Positions 46,228 to 56,898 of a stretch of 64,000 nt of DNA are shown here, one piece after another. Where the stretch lies: positions 1-64,000 of the forward strand of contig JANNVX010000018.1 of assembly GCA_031414595.1 (NCBI GenBank). Direction: 5' to 3'. A program made the position numbers and the translations under genes. The DNA comes from Deinococcales bacterium (GTDB lineage: Bacteria; Deinococcota; Deinococci; Deinococcales; JAAFIG01). Positions within the stretch are counted from its first letter, which is position 1, and every line of letters starts with the position of its first letter. The notes beneath the pieces were generated by a model. It had not been told where the DNA came from and ran no database searches. It worked only from the letters and a program-made list of their open reading frames with translations.

Positions 46228-47919
46228 ATGACACAGCACCCTTGGCTTTCCAAATACGACACTGGCGTTCCAAAATCCTTGATTTACCCCCAAAGCCCAA
46301 TCCATAGCATCTTAGAAGGGGCAGCCAAACGCGCTCCAGACCGTATTGCCCTCGAGTTTTTAGGGTTTACGATGAATTACGCGACCCTGCTCGAGAATGC
46401 CCATAAGTTTGCCAATTCGCTCGATGGCATGGGCGTTAAAAAGGGCGATAGGGTAGCGATTATGCTGCCCAATTGTCCGCAATTTGTAATTGCTTTTTTT
46501 GGTTCAATGATGCTCGGGGCAGTGGTGGTTAATACCAGTCCGCTCTATGTGGCTCGAGAACTCGAGCAGCAACTTCGGGACAGTGGGGCAGAGACGCTGG
46601 TGATGCTCAATTTATTTTATCCGCGTTACCGTGAAATTGCTGGCAGTGTGCCAGTCAAACGGGTGATTATGAGTACCGTGGCTGATTTTTTGCCGTTTCC
46701 TAAGAATTTGCTGTACCCCGTCAAAGCCAAACGTGATGGAACTTGGGTTGAAGTCAAGCCCGAACCATTTATTGTCCAGTTCAAAAAATTACTCGAGAAA
46801 AGTGTCTCTAGCAGCGCTCCGAGAACCAGTGTTCTGCCCGATGACTTGGCGCTGTTGCAGTACACAGGCGGAACGACTGGCACACCTAAAGGGGCAATGC
46901 TGACCCACCGCAACTTGATGAGTAACCTGACCAGTGCTGCCAGTTGGACTCCAACCATGCGGGATGCACAGGAAATCACGCTTTGTGTGATTCCATTTTT
47001 TCATGTTTACGGCATGACGGTTGCCATGAACATGACCATTCGGGCGGCTGGGACAATGGTGTTGCAACCGCGTTTCCAGATAAAAGATGTTCTCGAGGCG
47101 ATTCATAAGCACAAACCAACCATGTTTCCCGGTGTGCCGACGATGTATGTAGCAATTAACAATCATCCAGAAGTCAAAAAGTATGACCTCTCGAGTTTGC
47201 AAATTTGTTTATCGGGCGCGGCTGCCCTGCCCATCGAAGTGGCTCATGCTTTTGAAGCCAGTTGTGGTGGCAAGTTGCTCGAGGGTTACGGGCTAACCGA
47301 ATGCAGCCCCTGTGCCACCAACACCCCAGTCAATGGTGAACGGCGTGATGGCAGTATTGGTATTCCGTTGCCGGGTGTGGAATTGGCGCTATTTACTGAA
47401 AGCCTCGAGCCAGTAGGGATGGGTGAAATCGGTGAAATTGGCATCTCTGGGCATAATGTGATGCAGGGTTATTGGCAACGCCCTGAAGAAACGAGTCACA
47501 GCATCAAAGAAATAGCTGGTAAACGCTGGTTACTGACGGGCGACATGGCAAAGATGGACGACGATGGTTATTTTTATATTGTGGATCGCAAAAAAGACAT
47601 GATTGATGCCAGTGGCTACAATGTCTACCCGCGAGAAATCGAAGAGGTCTTGTACAAGCATTTGGCAGTCCAAGAATGTGTGGTGATTGGTGTACCCGAT
47701 GAGTACCGAGGTGAGACGGTCAAAGCCTTTATTATTTTACGCCAAGGCTCGAGTGCAACTCCCGAAGCCTTGACTGAGTTTTGCAAAGGACAACTGGCAG
47801 CCTATAAAGTGCCAAAACAAATTGAATTTCGGCTCGAGTTGCCCAAAAGCCCGATTGGAAAGATTTTACGTCGGGTGCTGCGTGATGAAGAAGAAGCCAA
47901 GCACAAAGCCAAAGCCTAA
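46228..47919 (+). CDS. Long-chain fatty acid--CoA ligase
   Basis: YTGGTTGTPKG, EGYGLTE, TGD, VDRKKD, PKSPIGKILRR. Confidence 0.95.
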   Translation: MTQHPWLSKYDTGVPKSLIYPQSPIHSILEGAAKRAPDRIALEFLGFTMNYATLLENAHKFANSLDGMGVKKGDRVAIMLPNCPQFVIAFFGSMMLGAVVVNTSPLYVARELEQQLRDSGAETLVMLNLFYPRYREIAGSVPVKRVIMSTVADFLPFPKNLLYPVKAKRDGTWVEVKPEPFIVQFKKLLEKSVSSSAPRTSVLPDDLALLQYTGGTTGTPKGAMLTHRNLMSNLTSAASWTPTMRDAQEITLCVIPFFHVYGMTVAMNMTIRAAGTMVLQPRFQIKDVLEAIHKHKPTMFPGVPTMYVAINNHPEVKKYDLSSLQICLSGAAALPIEVAHAFEASCGGKLLEGYGLTECSPCATNTPVNGERRDGSIGIPLPGVELALFTESLEPVGMGEIGEIGISGHNVMQGYWQRPEETSHSIKEIAGKRWLLTGDMAKMDDDGYFYIVDRKKDMIDASGYNVYPREIEEVLYKHLAVQECVVIGVPDEYRGETVKAFIILRQGSSATPEALTEFCKGQLAAYKVPKQIEFRLELPKSPIGKILRRVLRDEEEAKHKAKA

Positions 47920-48515
47920 AGCAGAACACCATGTAAAAACACACCTGAAATCAGTTCGGCTAAATGGCTGGGGGGTTCAAAATCGTTTGGGATTGGAATG
48001 AACGCCCTTTTGATGCTTGGCTCAAATACCAAGGTGGTCAGTAACCCTGCGTACTCGAGTGGGTGGGCAATTTTAATCACACCTTGCTCGAGTCCGAGTT
48101 GAAAAACCGCTTCGATGGTGTGAATAAATGGCTTGATGGCAAAGTCAACCGCAAAATCATGGGAAAAACTGCTGGACAATAAGACTCGAAAAAACCCCTG
48201 ATTGTGTTGTTGATAGAGCAGCGTTTGACTGACCACAGTTCGCAGTTTGGTTTCAAAATCTGGAATTGGGGCTAAAGCACGGCTGACTTGTTCTGCCAGT
48301 TGACCCAATTTGTATGCTCGCAAGGCAAGGATTAAGGTATTTTTATCCTTAAAGTGTTTGTATAAGCCAACCCGTGTCAGTAAAGCGCGTTCGGCAATTT
48401 TATCCATCGAGGCATGACCGTATCCATCTTCTGAAAGCACCGCTAACGCCGCCTCGAGAATTTCGATTTTGCGTTTTTGGTTGCGTTGTTGACCTAGGGT
48501 TGGTGCGTTCATCAA
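47916..48515 (-). CDS. TetR/AcrR transcriptional regulator
   Basis: ILEAAL..GY..SMDKIAE..GLYKHFKDK. Confidence 0.9.
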   Translation of the reverse strand: MMNAPTLGQQRNQKRKIEILEAALAVLSEDGYGHASMDKIAERALLTRVGLYKHFKDKNTLILALRAYKLGQLAEQVSRALAPIPDFETKLRTVVSQTLLYQQHNQGFFRVLLSSSFSHDFAVDFAIKPFIHTIEAVFQLGLEQGVIKIAHPLEYAGLLTTLVFEPSIKRAFIPIPNDFEPPSHLAELISGVFLHGVLL

Positions 48516-48522
48516 AAACAGT

Positions 48523-49548
48523 CTACCTCTTGTTTGGGGCTAAATTGATGTATCCATGGTCTTTGTACCAACCTAATGTGTCGGTCAGGGTTTGCTCGAG
48601 CGAGCGAAATGTAACTCCAAGTTCAGTTTCGGCTTTTTGACTCGAGAGTGAATGCAGCGCCAGCAGCACTTGGATACCATCTAGCGGCATGGTTGGAGTT
48701 TTTTGCTGTAGCCCAGAAATCGTGGTATCTATTCGCGCCAAAGCCAGAACCAACCAATTGGGCATTTGCAAAGTTGGGGCTTTGACCCCAGAAATCTGCT
48801 CGAGTACCCTAAACAGCTTAGAAAAATCAACAAATTGACCAGCCACAATGTACTTTTCGCCGTTTCGCCCGTGTTGTACAGCTTTAATCATTGCATTTGC
48901 GACATCTCGAGCGTCCACTGTGCTTGTTCCAGCCCTGATGATTCCAGGAATTTTTTGTGCCATAAAATCTAAAATTAGTTTTCCACCCGAAGTTGGGGCT
49001 GCGTCGCGTGGAGCAATCATAAAACCGGGCAAGATGGTGACTATTTTAATGGCTCGAGGAGCGGCTTTTAACCAGTTGCTGATGGCTTGGTCGCCTTTGA
49101 CTTTACTCCTAAAATACAAGTTACGGGTTTCGGTTGCTAACGGCGTGTTTTCGTCGGCGACGGCATGGTTAGCAGGAATAGAGATTGAACCACTCGAGGA
49201 GGTGTGAATAAAGGTTTTGACTCCCGCTTGTTGTGCCGCCACAATCAACTCGAGGCTTGCGTCTATATTGATGCGTTTTAGGGTTGTCCAATGATCATTT
49301 CCAGCCTTGAAATACTCCCTAAAGTAAGCAGCTGTATGAAAAACTGTATCTACGCCCTCGAGTTCTGCACTAAAACCAGCCACATTTTCCATGTCCCCTT
49401 CAATGACTTCAAGGGTTAAGCCTACAAAAAGTTTTTTGGCTTTTTCTTTTGAACGAACCAAGGCTTTGACTTCCCAACCCTCTGCTAACAATTGACGAAC
49501 CAAGTTGTGACCGAGCATTCCTGTGCTTCCAGTGACCAATGCTTTCAT
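48523..49548 (-). CDS. NAD-dependent epimerase/dehydratase (dihydroflavonol reductase-like SDR)
   Basis: VTGSTGMLG, HTAA, YFRSK, VDARDVA. Confidence 0.9.
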   Translation of the reverse strand: MKALVTGSTGMLGHNLVRQLLAEGWEVKALVRSKEKAKKLFVGLTLEVIEGDMENVAGFSAELEGVDTVFHTAAYFREYFKAGNDHWTTLKRINIDASLELIVAAQQAGVKTFIHTSSSGSISIPANHAVADENTPLATETRNLYFRSKVKGDQAISNWLKAAPRAIKIVTILPGFMIAPRDAAPTSGGKLILDFMAQKIPGIIRAGTSTVDARDVANAMIKAVQHGRNGEKYIVAGQFVDFSKLFRVLEQISGVKAPTLQMPNWLVLALARIDTTISGLQQKTPTMPLDGIQVLLALHSLSSQKAETELGVTFRSLEQTLTDTLGWYKDHGYINLAPNKR

Positions 49549-49582
49549 GATGTACTCCTTTTTGATTCTTTAGTGTTAATTT

Positions 49583-49619
49583 AGTTTACATTATGTATAC
49601 TTTTATTAGTATTTGTCAA
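49583..49619 (-). promoter_or_regulatory. Promoter with overlapping palindrome (likely TetR operator)
   Basis: TTGACA (49614-49619)..CATAAT; palindrome AGTTTACA-TTA-TGTATACT at 49583-49601. Confidence 0.55.
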
Positions 49620-49687
49620 CCATTGTGCCAATGCCTAAACCCAGACCTATTTTGGCAACTTGTCTATCTATCTGGTAGCATCGCCTT

Positions 49688-51133
49688 ATGACGTTGGCAC
49701 TGACAAAAAAAATTTTAAGTGGTGGGACAACCGCCCTAGAAGTCGTTTCAAAAAGCCTTGAAGCCGCCCAAGCCGATTCGCTGAATGCCTTTATTTCGCT
49801 CAATCCAAATGCTTTAGAAACTGCCATAAACCTAGACGCTCGAGTCAAAGCGGGCGAGCATTTACCACTGGCGGGGTATCCCTTGGCTATTAAAGACAAC
49901 ATTGTGATGCATGGGCTTGGGGCAACGGCTGGCTCAAAAATTTTAGAAAAATTTGTTTCGCCTTACACCAGTACCGCTTTGCAGCGCTTACTGGATGCTG
50001 GTGCGGTTGTGATTGGCAAAGCCAACATGGATGAATTCGGGATGGGTTCAAGTGGCGAAAACAGTGCTTATGGCGCAACCAAAAACCCTCGAGACCATAC
50101 CCGAGTCCCCGGTGGTAGTAGCTCTGGCAGTGCCGCCGCCGTTGCCCAAGGTATGGTTTCTGGGGCGCTTGGCACGGACACAGGCGGCAGTATTCGTTTA
50201 CCTGCCGCATTTTGTGGTGTACTTGGCATGAAGCCAACATATGGGCGAGTCTCGAGGTATGGCGTGGTTGCCTATGCCAGCAGCCTTGACCAAGTAGGTC
50301 CTTTTGCCCGTAGCAGTGCAGATTTAGCCGCACTGCTCGAGGTGATGTCGGGGCATGACCCAATGGATGCCACTTCGCTGGAAGCCAAAGCCGAATTCTC
50401 GAGTGCCTTGAACCAAGACATCAAAAGCTGGAAAATCGGGCTGGTACGCCAAGGCATGGGCAGTGGCAACAGTCCAGCCGTGCTGAGTGCCGTGGATGCC
50501 ACACGGGTTGCCCTCGAGCAGCTTGGTGCAACCGTAGTAGAGGTCAGCTTACCCAGTTTAGAAAATGCCTTGGCTGCTTACTACTTGATCGCTTGCCCCG
50601 AAGCCAGCAGTAACTTGGCGCGGTACGATGGCATGGTCTATTCAAATCGGGCGGATGGGTCAGATTTACTAAACGTCATGAGTCAGTCAAGGGGCTTAGG
50701 GTTTGGGGCAGAAGTCAAACGCCGAATTTTAATGGGAACATATGCCTTGTCCAGTGGCTATTACGATGCTTTTTACAGCAAGGCGCTGCGAGCCAGAGCC
50801 ATGATTGCTGCCGATTTTGCACGGGTTTTTGCTGGCGTGGAGGCGCTTTTAATGCCAACTGCGCCAAGTGCTGCCTTTGAATTGGGCGCAAAAGCCGACC
50901 CTTTAGAAATGTACTTAACTGACGTGGATACAGTGGCGGTCAATTTAGCGGGCTTACCAGCCATCAGTATTCCATTTGGCTATGAAGACAATAATTCATT
51001 TAGTACCTCGAGCGGGCTGCCCATCGGTGTCCAATTTATTGCCCCGACCCTCAAAGATGCTCGCTTAATCTCGATAAGTGCCGCCCTCGAGCAACACACC
51101 AGTGCTGCTTTTCTTAAACCAGTGCAGGAGTAA
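49688..51133 (+). CDS. gatA: Asp/Glu-tRNA amidotransferase subunit A
   Basis: IKDN, PGGSSSGS, GTDTGGSIR, EASSNLARYDG, EVKRRILMGT. Confidence 0.96.
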   Translation: MTLALTKKILSGGTTALEVVSKSLEAAQADSLNAFISLNPNALETAINLDARVKAGEHLPLAGYPLAIKDNIVMHGLGATAGSKILEKFVSPYTSTALQRLLDAGAVVIGKANMDEFGMGSSGENSAYGATKNPRDHTRVPGGSSSGSAAAVAQGMVSGALGTDTGGSIRLPAAFCGVLGMKPTYGRVSRYGVVAYASSLDQVGPFARSSADLAALLEVMSGHDPMDATSLEAKAEFSSALNQDIKSWKIGLVRQGMGSGNSPAVLSAVDATRVALEQLGATVVEVSLPSLENALAAYYLIACPEASSNLARYDGMVYSNRADGSDLLNVMSQSRGLGFGAEVKRRILMGTYALSSGYYDAFYSKALRARAMIAADFARVFAGVEALLMPTAPSAAFELGAKADPLEMYLTDVDTVAVNLAGLPAISIPFGYEDNNSFSTSSGLPIGVQFIAPTLKDARLISISAALEQHTSAAFLKPVQE

Positions 51134-51134
51134 A

Positions 51135-51569
51135 ATGCACCCAGACCAAGTTTTTCGCGCCGAATACCTTGCCACCACTTACCATGCGGCGGGTTTAGAA
51201 ATTCGCTTCTCGAGTACCGAGACAGGACTGGTTTTATTTGCGGGACGGCGTTTTGCCCTTATTTCGGCACAGAATCCACGCAGCACTCCACTCGAAGCCG
51301 ATGAGAATTTGGCACGCAATGCCATGTTGCAAACGGTTTTACTCGCCAAAGGTTGGTCTTTTGGCAACAGCCACGGACACAACGCTGACCTTTCTTGGTC
51401 AGAAGACGGTTTTATTGTCTGGGATGTGGATTTACCCGATATTTTAAGAGTTGCTCGAGATTTTGAACAAAATGCTATCATGTTTAGCGAAGGTTCACGT
51501 TTGGCTTTATGTTGGTGTTTTTCGGGGGAGATTGACTGGTTGTATCCGAGTTACCTAGCAAAGGACTAA
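51135..51569 (+). CDS. DUF3293-like protein
   Basis: YLATTY, ISAQNPRS, WSEDGF, FEQNAI. Start moved to ATG 51135. Confidence 0.75.
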   Translation: MHPDQVFRAEYLATTYHAAGLEIRFSSTETGLVLFAGRRFALISAQNPRSTPLEADENLARNAMLQTVLLAKGWSFGNSHGHNADLSWSEDGFIVWDVDLPDILRVARDFEQNAIMFSEGSRLALCWCFSGEIDWLYPSYLAKD

Positions 51570-52718
51570 ATGGAACGCATAATTTACGCAGCAGATGTTG
51601 TTTACAACGGCGTTGGCTTACCGCTCGAGAACGCTGGGGTGGTGGTTTCTAAGGTTGGTAACCAAGCCACCATTGTTGGTTTTGGCAAACTTGAAGTCTT
51701 ACAGGCTAGTTTTCCAGAGGCTCGAGTGCAGCGCCTCGGGCGAGTGATTCTGCCACGTCCAGTCAATGCCCATACCCATTTGGATTTATCGCATCTGCCT
51801 TTTAAGGCGCTGCCTTATCCGCGTTGGATTCCAGAACATGTGGTTGCCAATGCTGGGCTACGTGGTCTAAAAGCTGCCAAAGATGGCTTAAATACTTTGC
51901 GTACCAGTGGTATTGCCGCCTTTGGCGATATTGTCGCTAAAGAAGAAGTGATGGATTTCTTGCTGACCGAAAGTGAACTGGCTGGAGTAGCCTACTGGGA
52001 AGTGATTGAAGCCAATCCAGAAAAAGCTGATGCGGTCATGTCGGCTACCTTAGAACGGGTGCGGCGTTGGCGTAAACTCGAGGGGAAACCTGTACGATTG
52101 GGATTATCGCCACACACACCGTTTACCGTCTCGAGTAAATTGTTGCAGCGCTTGGCAGAATTTGCTCGCTTAGAAGGACTACCTTTGCAGATTCATGTGG
52201 CAGAACACCCCAGTGAACTCGAGTTATTTCAGACGGGTGGCGGTCTGCTTGCAAAAACCATGCAATCTTTTAACGTCCCATCCTTCGAGACTTCTTGGGG
52301 AAGAACGCCCAGCACTAATTTAAGTCCAATTAAATACCTAGCCGAGTTGCGGGTACTCGAGGCAAAACCGACGCTCATCCATGCAGTCAATGTTTCTGAA
52401 GAAGATGTGCGAATCATTGCCCAATATGGTTGCAGTGTGGTTTCGTGTCCACGCAGCAACCATAACCTCGAATGTGGCAACATCCCTTGGAAACTTTTTG
52501 CTAAACATGGTGTGGAATTGGCACTTGGTACAGATTCTAGTGCCAGTGGTCAAAGCCTAGACATTCGGGAAGAAGCCAGTGCCGCCATGCGCTTACTCGA
52601 TATTGACTTAAAACAGATAGTTCGTTGGGCAGTCAAAGGTGGCTACCGTGCTTTGGGCTTAAAACCACCTGTGGTGCAACGCGGCGATTCATTCTCGAGC
52701 CTGACCGTCTGGGAATAA
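51570..52718 (+). CDS. Metal-dependent amidohydrolase (aminodeoxyfutalosine deaminase-like)
   Basis: VNAHTHLD, SPHTPF, IHVAE, CPRSN, ALGTDS. Confidence 0.85.
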   Translation: MERIIYAADVVYNGVGLPLENAGVVVSKVGNQATIVGFGKLEVLQASFPEARVQRLGRVILPRPVNAHTHLDLSHLPFKALPYPRWIPEHVVANAGLRGLKAAKDGLNTLRTSGIAAFGDIVAKEEVMDFLLTESELAGVAYWEVIEANPEKADAVMSATLERVRRWRKLEGKPVRLGLSPHTPFTVSSKLLQRLAEFARLEGLPLQIHVAEHPSELELFQTGGGLLAKTMQSFNVPSFETSWGRTPSTNLSPIKYLAELRVLEAKPTLIHAVNVSEEDVRIIAQYGCSVVSCPRSNHNLECGNIPWKLFAKHGVELALGTDSSASGQSLDIREEASAAMRLLDIDLKQIVRWAVKGGYRALGLKPPVVQRGDSFSSLTVWE

Positions 52719-53090
52719 TTACAAGGCTTTCCACTCGAGTTTAATGCTGTAGACATCGCGCAGGGTTTCTTCAAAAGAAACTTTTTCTCTGCCGATTTCA
52801 AGCATAATATCTTTGCCATCTTTGCTGACCGTACCAACGAGGTTTTTAACATCTTCATAAGGCACAGCCACCCAAAGATTAACCTTGGCTAGGGCTGGCA
52901 AACGAGCTTTATCGGCAATTAAGGTTAAGGTTTTTTTGACAATTACCCCTGTGGCATGTTTGACCTTTAAGTCTAGTCCAACCACATCTATACGGCTGGC
53001 TTCGGGTAAATTAGGCACGTTTGGCAATGGTTGAAGTGGCGCGGAAAACGCCAAACCAAACATTAAAAACCAAACCAGAAAATACCTCAT
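52719..53090 (-). CDS. Exported hypothetical protein
   Basis: Signal peptide, 123 aa. Confidence 0.65.
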   Translation of the reverse strand: MRYFLVWFLMFGLAFSAPLQPLPNVPNLPEASRIDVVGLDLKVKHATGVIVKKTLTLIADKARLPALAKVNLWVAVPYEDVKNLVGTVSKDGKDIMLEIGREKVSFEETLRDVYSIKLEWKAL

Positions 53091-53146
53091 CGGTTTAATC
53101 TAACAATTTTTTTACCCAAGAACGGTGGGAATAGTCCTAATGAGTC

Positions 53147-55804
53147 TTAATCATTCGAGTTAATTCTTATCGTAAAAAGAATACTGTCTAACTGATTTGC
53201 TGGCACTGGTTCGGCAAATAAGAATCCCTGGACGGCATCACACTGTAATTCTTGTAAGATTGCCAGTTGCGCCTTGGTTTCTACCCCTTCGGCAACCACC
53301 CGTAAACCAAGGCTCTGGGCTAGTAAGATAATCGCTTTGGCAATGGCTCGGGTTTGGTTTTTATCAATGTCTTTCACAAAACTTTTATCAACTTTTAAGG
53401 CAGATACAGGGAAGCGGTTTAAGTAACTCAAACTCGAATAACCGGTACCAAAGTCATCTATTTGTACCTGCACACCCAAGGCTCGTAGGGCAATTAAATT
53501 CACCTCGGCACTTTCAAGTAAGGCGCTTTCGGTTATTTCAAGGATTAAACGGTGTGGCTCGAGACCGGTTTGTACCAGCACTTGATGAACAGTGCCAACA
53601 AAAGAATCGCTTTCAAATTGCCGACTGGCAACATTGACGCTGATGCTGTACTGGTTTTGCCATTGCTTGGCGGTTTGGCAAGCCCTTAATAGTACCCATG
53701 CGCCAAGTTCGACAATCAAACCACTTTGTTCGGCAATCGGAATAAAAACATCGGGGGCAATAAATTCACCGTCTTTTTGTTGCCAGCGCAATAAGGCTTC
53801 AAAGCCAAGAATTTTTAGATTTTGCGTCTCGAGAATTGCTTGGTAGTACAGTTCTAATTCTTGGTTGCGAATCGCTTGGCGCAAGGCATTTTCTAATTCT
53901 AAGCGCTTATTTAAGCGCACACTCATTTCTTGGTCAAAAAAGGCGATTCTCGAGCGGGTGCTTTTTGCGTGGTACATGGCGGTGTCGGCGGCACTCAAAA
54001 ATTCATCGACTTTGCTAAAGCCACTGTTGGAATCTACGATGCCAATGCTGCCACTGATGTTTAATTGCTGATTGTTGAGCGTAAATGGTAACTCGAGTTG
54101 ACGGATTAAGCGCTCAGCAAGCATGGCAGTGCTGATGCTTTCTAAAGTGGTTTTGTCGGGTTTGCTGCGCCTTTCTGCCAGAATTGCAAATTCGTCGCCC
54201 CCTAAACGCGCCAGTGTATCGCCTTGACGTACCGTGGTTTCTAAGCGCCGAGCGACTTGCAGCAGTAATTCATCGCCAATTAAGTGTCCTAGGCTGTCAT
54301 TGACAATCTTAAAATCGTTTAAGTCAAGAAACATCACCGAAAAAGCATCACCATATCTGCTTTGACGCTGCATTGCCCGTTCGATGTAATCTCTAAATAA
54401 ACCCCTGTTGGCTAAACCAGTTAAAGAATCATACGCTCCACTTCTGCCGGTAATATCGGTCAGCGAACCTGCCATTCGGACAGTTTTGCCATTTTGCCTG
54501 ACGGCTAAACCACGCATTAAAAACCAACGGTATTCTTGGTTGGCACAAAGGTAGCGGGTCTCGAGCGAAAAATGGTCTTGTTCGCCTTTGATGTGTTTCC
54601 AAATTTCTTCGCTGACTCGTTCAAAATCATCGGGGTGGGTCATTTTTTGCCAATTTTTTAGACTGCCAATTGTTTCCACTTCAGGGTAGCCAAGGGCAGC
54701 ATTTAAGCGTGGAGACTGCCGCACAGTGTCATCTAAGAGTTTCCAGTCCCAAAATCCATCGTTAGAACCACGCAATGCCAATTGTAACCGTTCGTCTGCC
54801 TCGAGCAATTCATCGGTTAAATTGACATTGACTTGATTGGCGAGGATTAAGCGCCAGCCGGTTAAAAAAGAAAGAATCCCAATCCCAATAATCAAACCAA
54901 TCTCGACTATTTTTGGCGCGGTTTCATGGTCATTGCTGCTAAAAAACCCTAAGAAAACCACATAGGTCATGACAAAAACCACATATGGAATGGAATTGAC
55001 CAGCCGTACCCAGTATCGCTCGATGGTGCTGCGTGTTTCGGGTAGTAAACTGCTGATTCCAGCCGCCGCGAACAGCCCATAAGCCAAAGAAGCAAATACA
55101 TCTACAAAATGACCTGTTTTGTAGCCGCCATAAGCCCGAGCAATATCTGCCCCTTCGATTAAAATGGCAATGCACAACGTACCCAAACCCAATAACAAAC
55201 CAGTTCTTAGGGCTAAGCGCTGGCTGAGCAAATTGGAAAATACAAACCCAACCAAACCTAAGCCAATAATCGGTGAAAGAATATCAATCACTAAGTTACC
55301 AAAGGGCTGGAATGCGACTTGTTTACCAAGAAAAACCGTCCATAAAATCGCCCCAGAACCAACCATAATAATGGCTGTCTCGAGCAGTAAAGCAGTGCGT
55401 TCAGAACTACCTCGAACCCCATTGTCCAAGTAGGAAACACTAAAAATCATTATAAAAGTAGCCACAAAATAGGCAATCGAAAGCCACGGTGCGTTAGCTG
55501 GTTGCACTCGGAAGACAATTTCAGTTAGACCATACAAAACATCGGCAATAAACCAAGTAAAAACAGCAGTGCTGACTAGATACCAGCCTGTTCGTACTCG
55601 CCCAGCGTGTTGGCTCGAGACCAAAAACAATAAGCCAATGGTTGTCAACGCAGGTGGGAAACGCAACAGTGTTCCCAGTTCTACGGTTGGCGATAGAAGC
55701 AGTAAAATCAGATGCAGCACAACAAAAAATAGAGTTAAAACAATCAATGCCAGCAGCCACTGAGCCATTTGTGACGATGTGTTTTGCCCCAGCCTTTTAA
55801 GCAT
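53147..55804 (-). CDS. Membrane-bound PAS-GGDEF-EAL protein
   Basis: Multi-TM N-terminus, NDGFWDW..HPDD, RLGGDEF, FEALLRW, DDFGTGYSSL. Confidence 0.93.
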   Translation of the reverse strand: MLKRLGQNTSSQMAQWLLALIVLTLFFVVLHLILLLLSPTVELGTLLRFPPALTTIGLLFLVSSQHAGRVRTGWYLVSTAVFTWFIADVLYGLTEIVFRVQPANAPWLSIAYFVATFIMIFSVSYLDNGVRGSSERTALLLETAIIMVGSGAILWTVFLGKQVAFQPFGNLVIDILSPIIGLGLVGFVFSNLLSQRLALRTGLLLGLGTLCIAILIEGADIARAYGGYKTGHFVDVFASLAYGLFAAAGISSLLPETRSTIERYWVRLVNSIPYVVFVMTYVVFLGFFSSNDHETAPKIVEIGLIIGIGILSFLTGWRLILANQVNVNLTDELLEADERLQLALRGSNDGFWDWKLLDDTVRQSPRLNAALGYPEVETIGSLKNWQKMTHPDDFERVSEEIWKHIKGEQDHFSLETRYLCANQEYRWFLMRGLAVRQNGKTVRMAGSLTDITGRSGAYDSLTGLANRGLFRDYIERAMQRQSRYGDAFSVMFLDLNDFKIVNDSLGHLIGDELLLQVARRLETTVRQGDTLARLGGDEFAILAERRSKPDKTTLESISTAMLAERLIRQLELPFTLNNQQLNISGSIGIVDSNSGFSKVDEFLSAADTAMYHAKSTRSRIAFFDQEMSVRLNKRLELENALRQAIRNQELELYYQAILETQNLKILGFEALLRWQQKDGEFIAPDVFIPIAEQSGLIVELGAWVLLRACQTAKQWQNQYSISVNVASRQFESDSFVGTVHQVLVQTGLEPHRLILEITESALLESAEVNLIALRALGVQVQIDDFGTGYSSLSYLNRFPVSALKVDKSFVKDIDKNQTRAIAKAIILLAQSLGLRVVAEGVETKAQLAILQELQCDAVQGFLFAEPVPANQLDSILFTIRINSND

Positions 55805-55890
55805 CTAAAGCCAGTGTAATACTTTTTTGGCTCTTAAACCTGTAATCCTGCGCTTGATTGTGATGGTGCGTTAGACGTTAGACTGCTTCT

Positions 55891-56898
55891 ATGAGCCTTT
55901 CCGCCCGTAAACTCAAACATATTCAAGTTTGTCTCGAGTACCCTGTGCAATTTAGTACCAAGACCACCGGTTTTGAAACACTACCTTGGGCGTACCAAGC
56001 CCTGCCAGAACTTAGACTCGAGGATGTCAAACTCGAGACTACTTTTTTGGGTAAACCGCTTAAAGCCCCGTTGCTAATAGGAGCAATGACTGGCGGAGCG
56101 GACTTGGCTGGTACAATCAATAAAAATTTAGCCATAGCCGCCGAAACCTTGGGGCTTGGTTTAATGCTCGGTTCGCAACGGGTGATGCTCGAGAACGAAA
56201 GTGCAAGGGCAAGTTTTGCGGTACGTCAATATGCACCAAAGGCGCTTTTGATTGGTAATCTTGGTGTAGCCCAATTCAAAAAAGGCTACGGCAGCCCTGA
56301 AGCTACAAAAGCCATCGAACTGATTGGGGCAGATGCGATAGCCTTTCATACCAACCCATTGCAAGAAGCCTTGCAGATTGGTGGCGATACCGATTTTTTG
56401 GGTTTACTCGAGCGGTTAGCAGAAATTGTGCCAGATGTGGGTTATCCAGTGATGCTTAAAGAAGTCGGGCATGGTATTTCGGGTAGCGTGGCTAAGTTGG
56501 TCAAAGACATTGGTTTTGCGGCGCTCGATGTGGCTGGGGCTGGTGGGACTTCATGGGCGAAAGTCGAAGATTTTGCCCATCATGGTAAATTGATGCACCC
56601 AGATATTTGTGAAATTGGTATTCCCACCTTAGAAGCCCTCGAGCAGTGCCGCATAGCCTTACCAGAGATGCCCTTAGTGGCTTCTGGGGGTATTCGCTCT
56701 GGTTTGGAGATTGCCAAAGCCCTAGTGAATGGGGCAAGTGTTTGTGCAACTGCCATGCCATTGTTAGAACCCGCGACCAGAAGCCCTGAAGCTGTTATGG
56801 AAGTTCTCGAGAAGATGATTTATGAACTTCGCGTGGCTTTTTTTGTGGCTGGAATTGCCAATCTAAAGGCACTTAAAAACCAATTGTTTGGCGCTTAA
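55891..56898 (+). CDS. fni: Type 2 isopentenyl-diphosphate isomerase
   Basis: RKLKHI, GAMTGG, GSQR, NPLQE, LKEVGHG, GAGGTSW. Confidence 0.95.
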   Translation: MSLSARKLKHIQVCLEYPVQFSTKTTGFETLPWAYQALPELRLEDVKLETTFLGKPLKAPLLIGAMTGGADLAGTINKNLAIAAETLGLGLMLGSQRVMLENESARASFAVRQYAPKALLIGNLGVAQFKKGYGSPEATKAIELIGADAIAFHTNPLQEALQIGGDTDFLGLLERLAEIVPDVGYPVMLKEVGHGISGSVAKLVKDIGFAALDVAGAGGTSWAKVEDFAHHGKLMHPDICEIGIPTLEALEQCRIALPEMPLVASGGIRSGLEIAKALVNGASVCATAMPLLEPATRSPEAVMEVLEKMIYELRVAFFVAGIANLKALKNQLFGA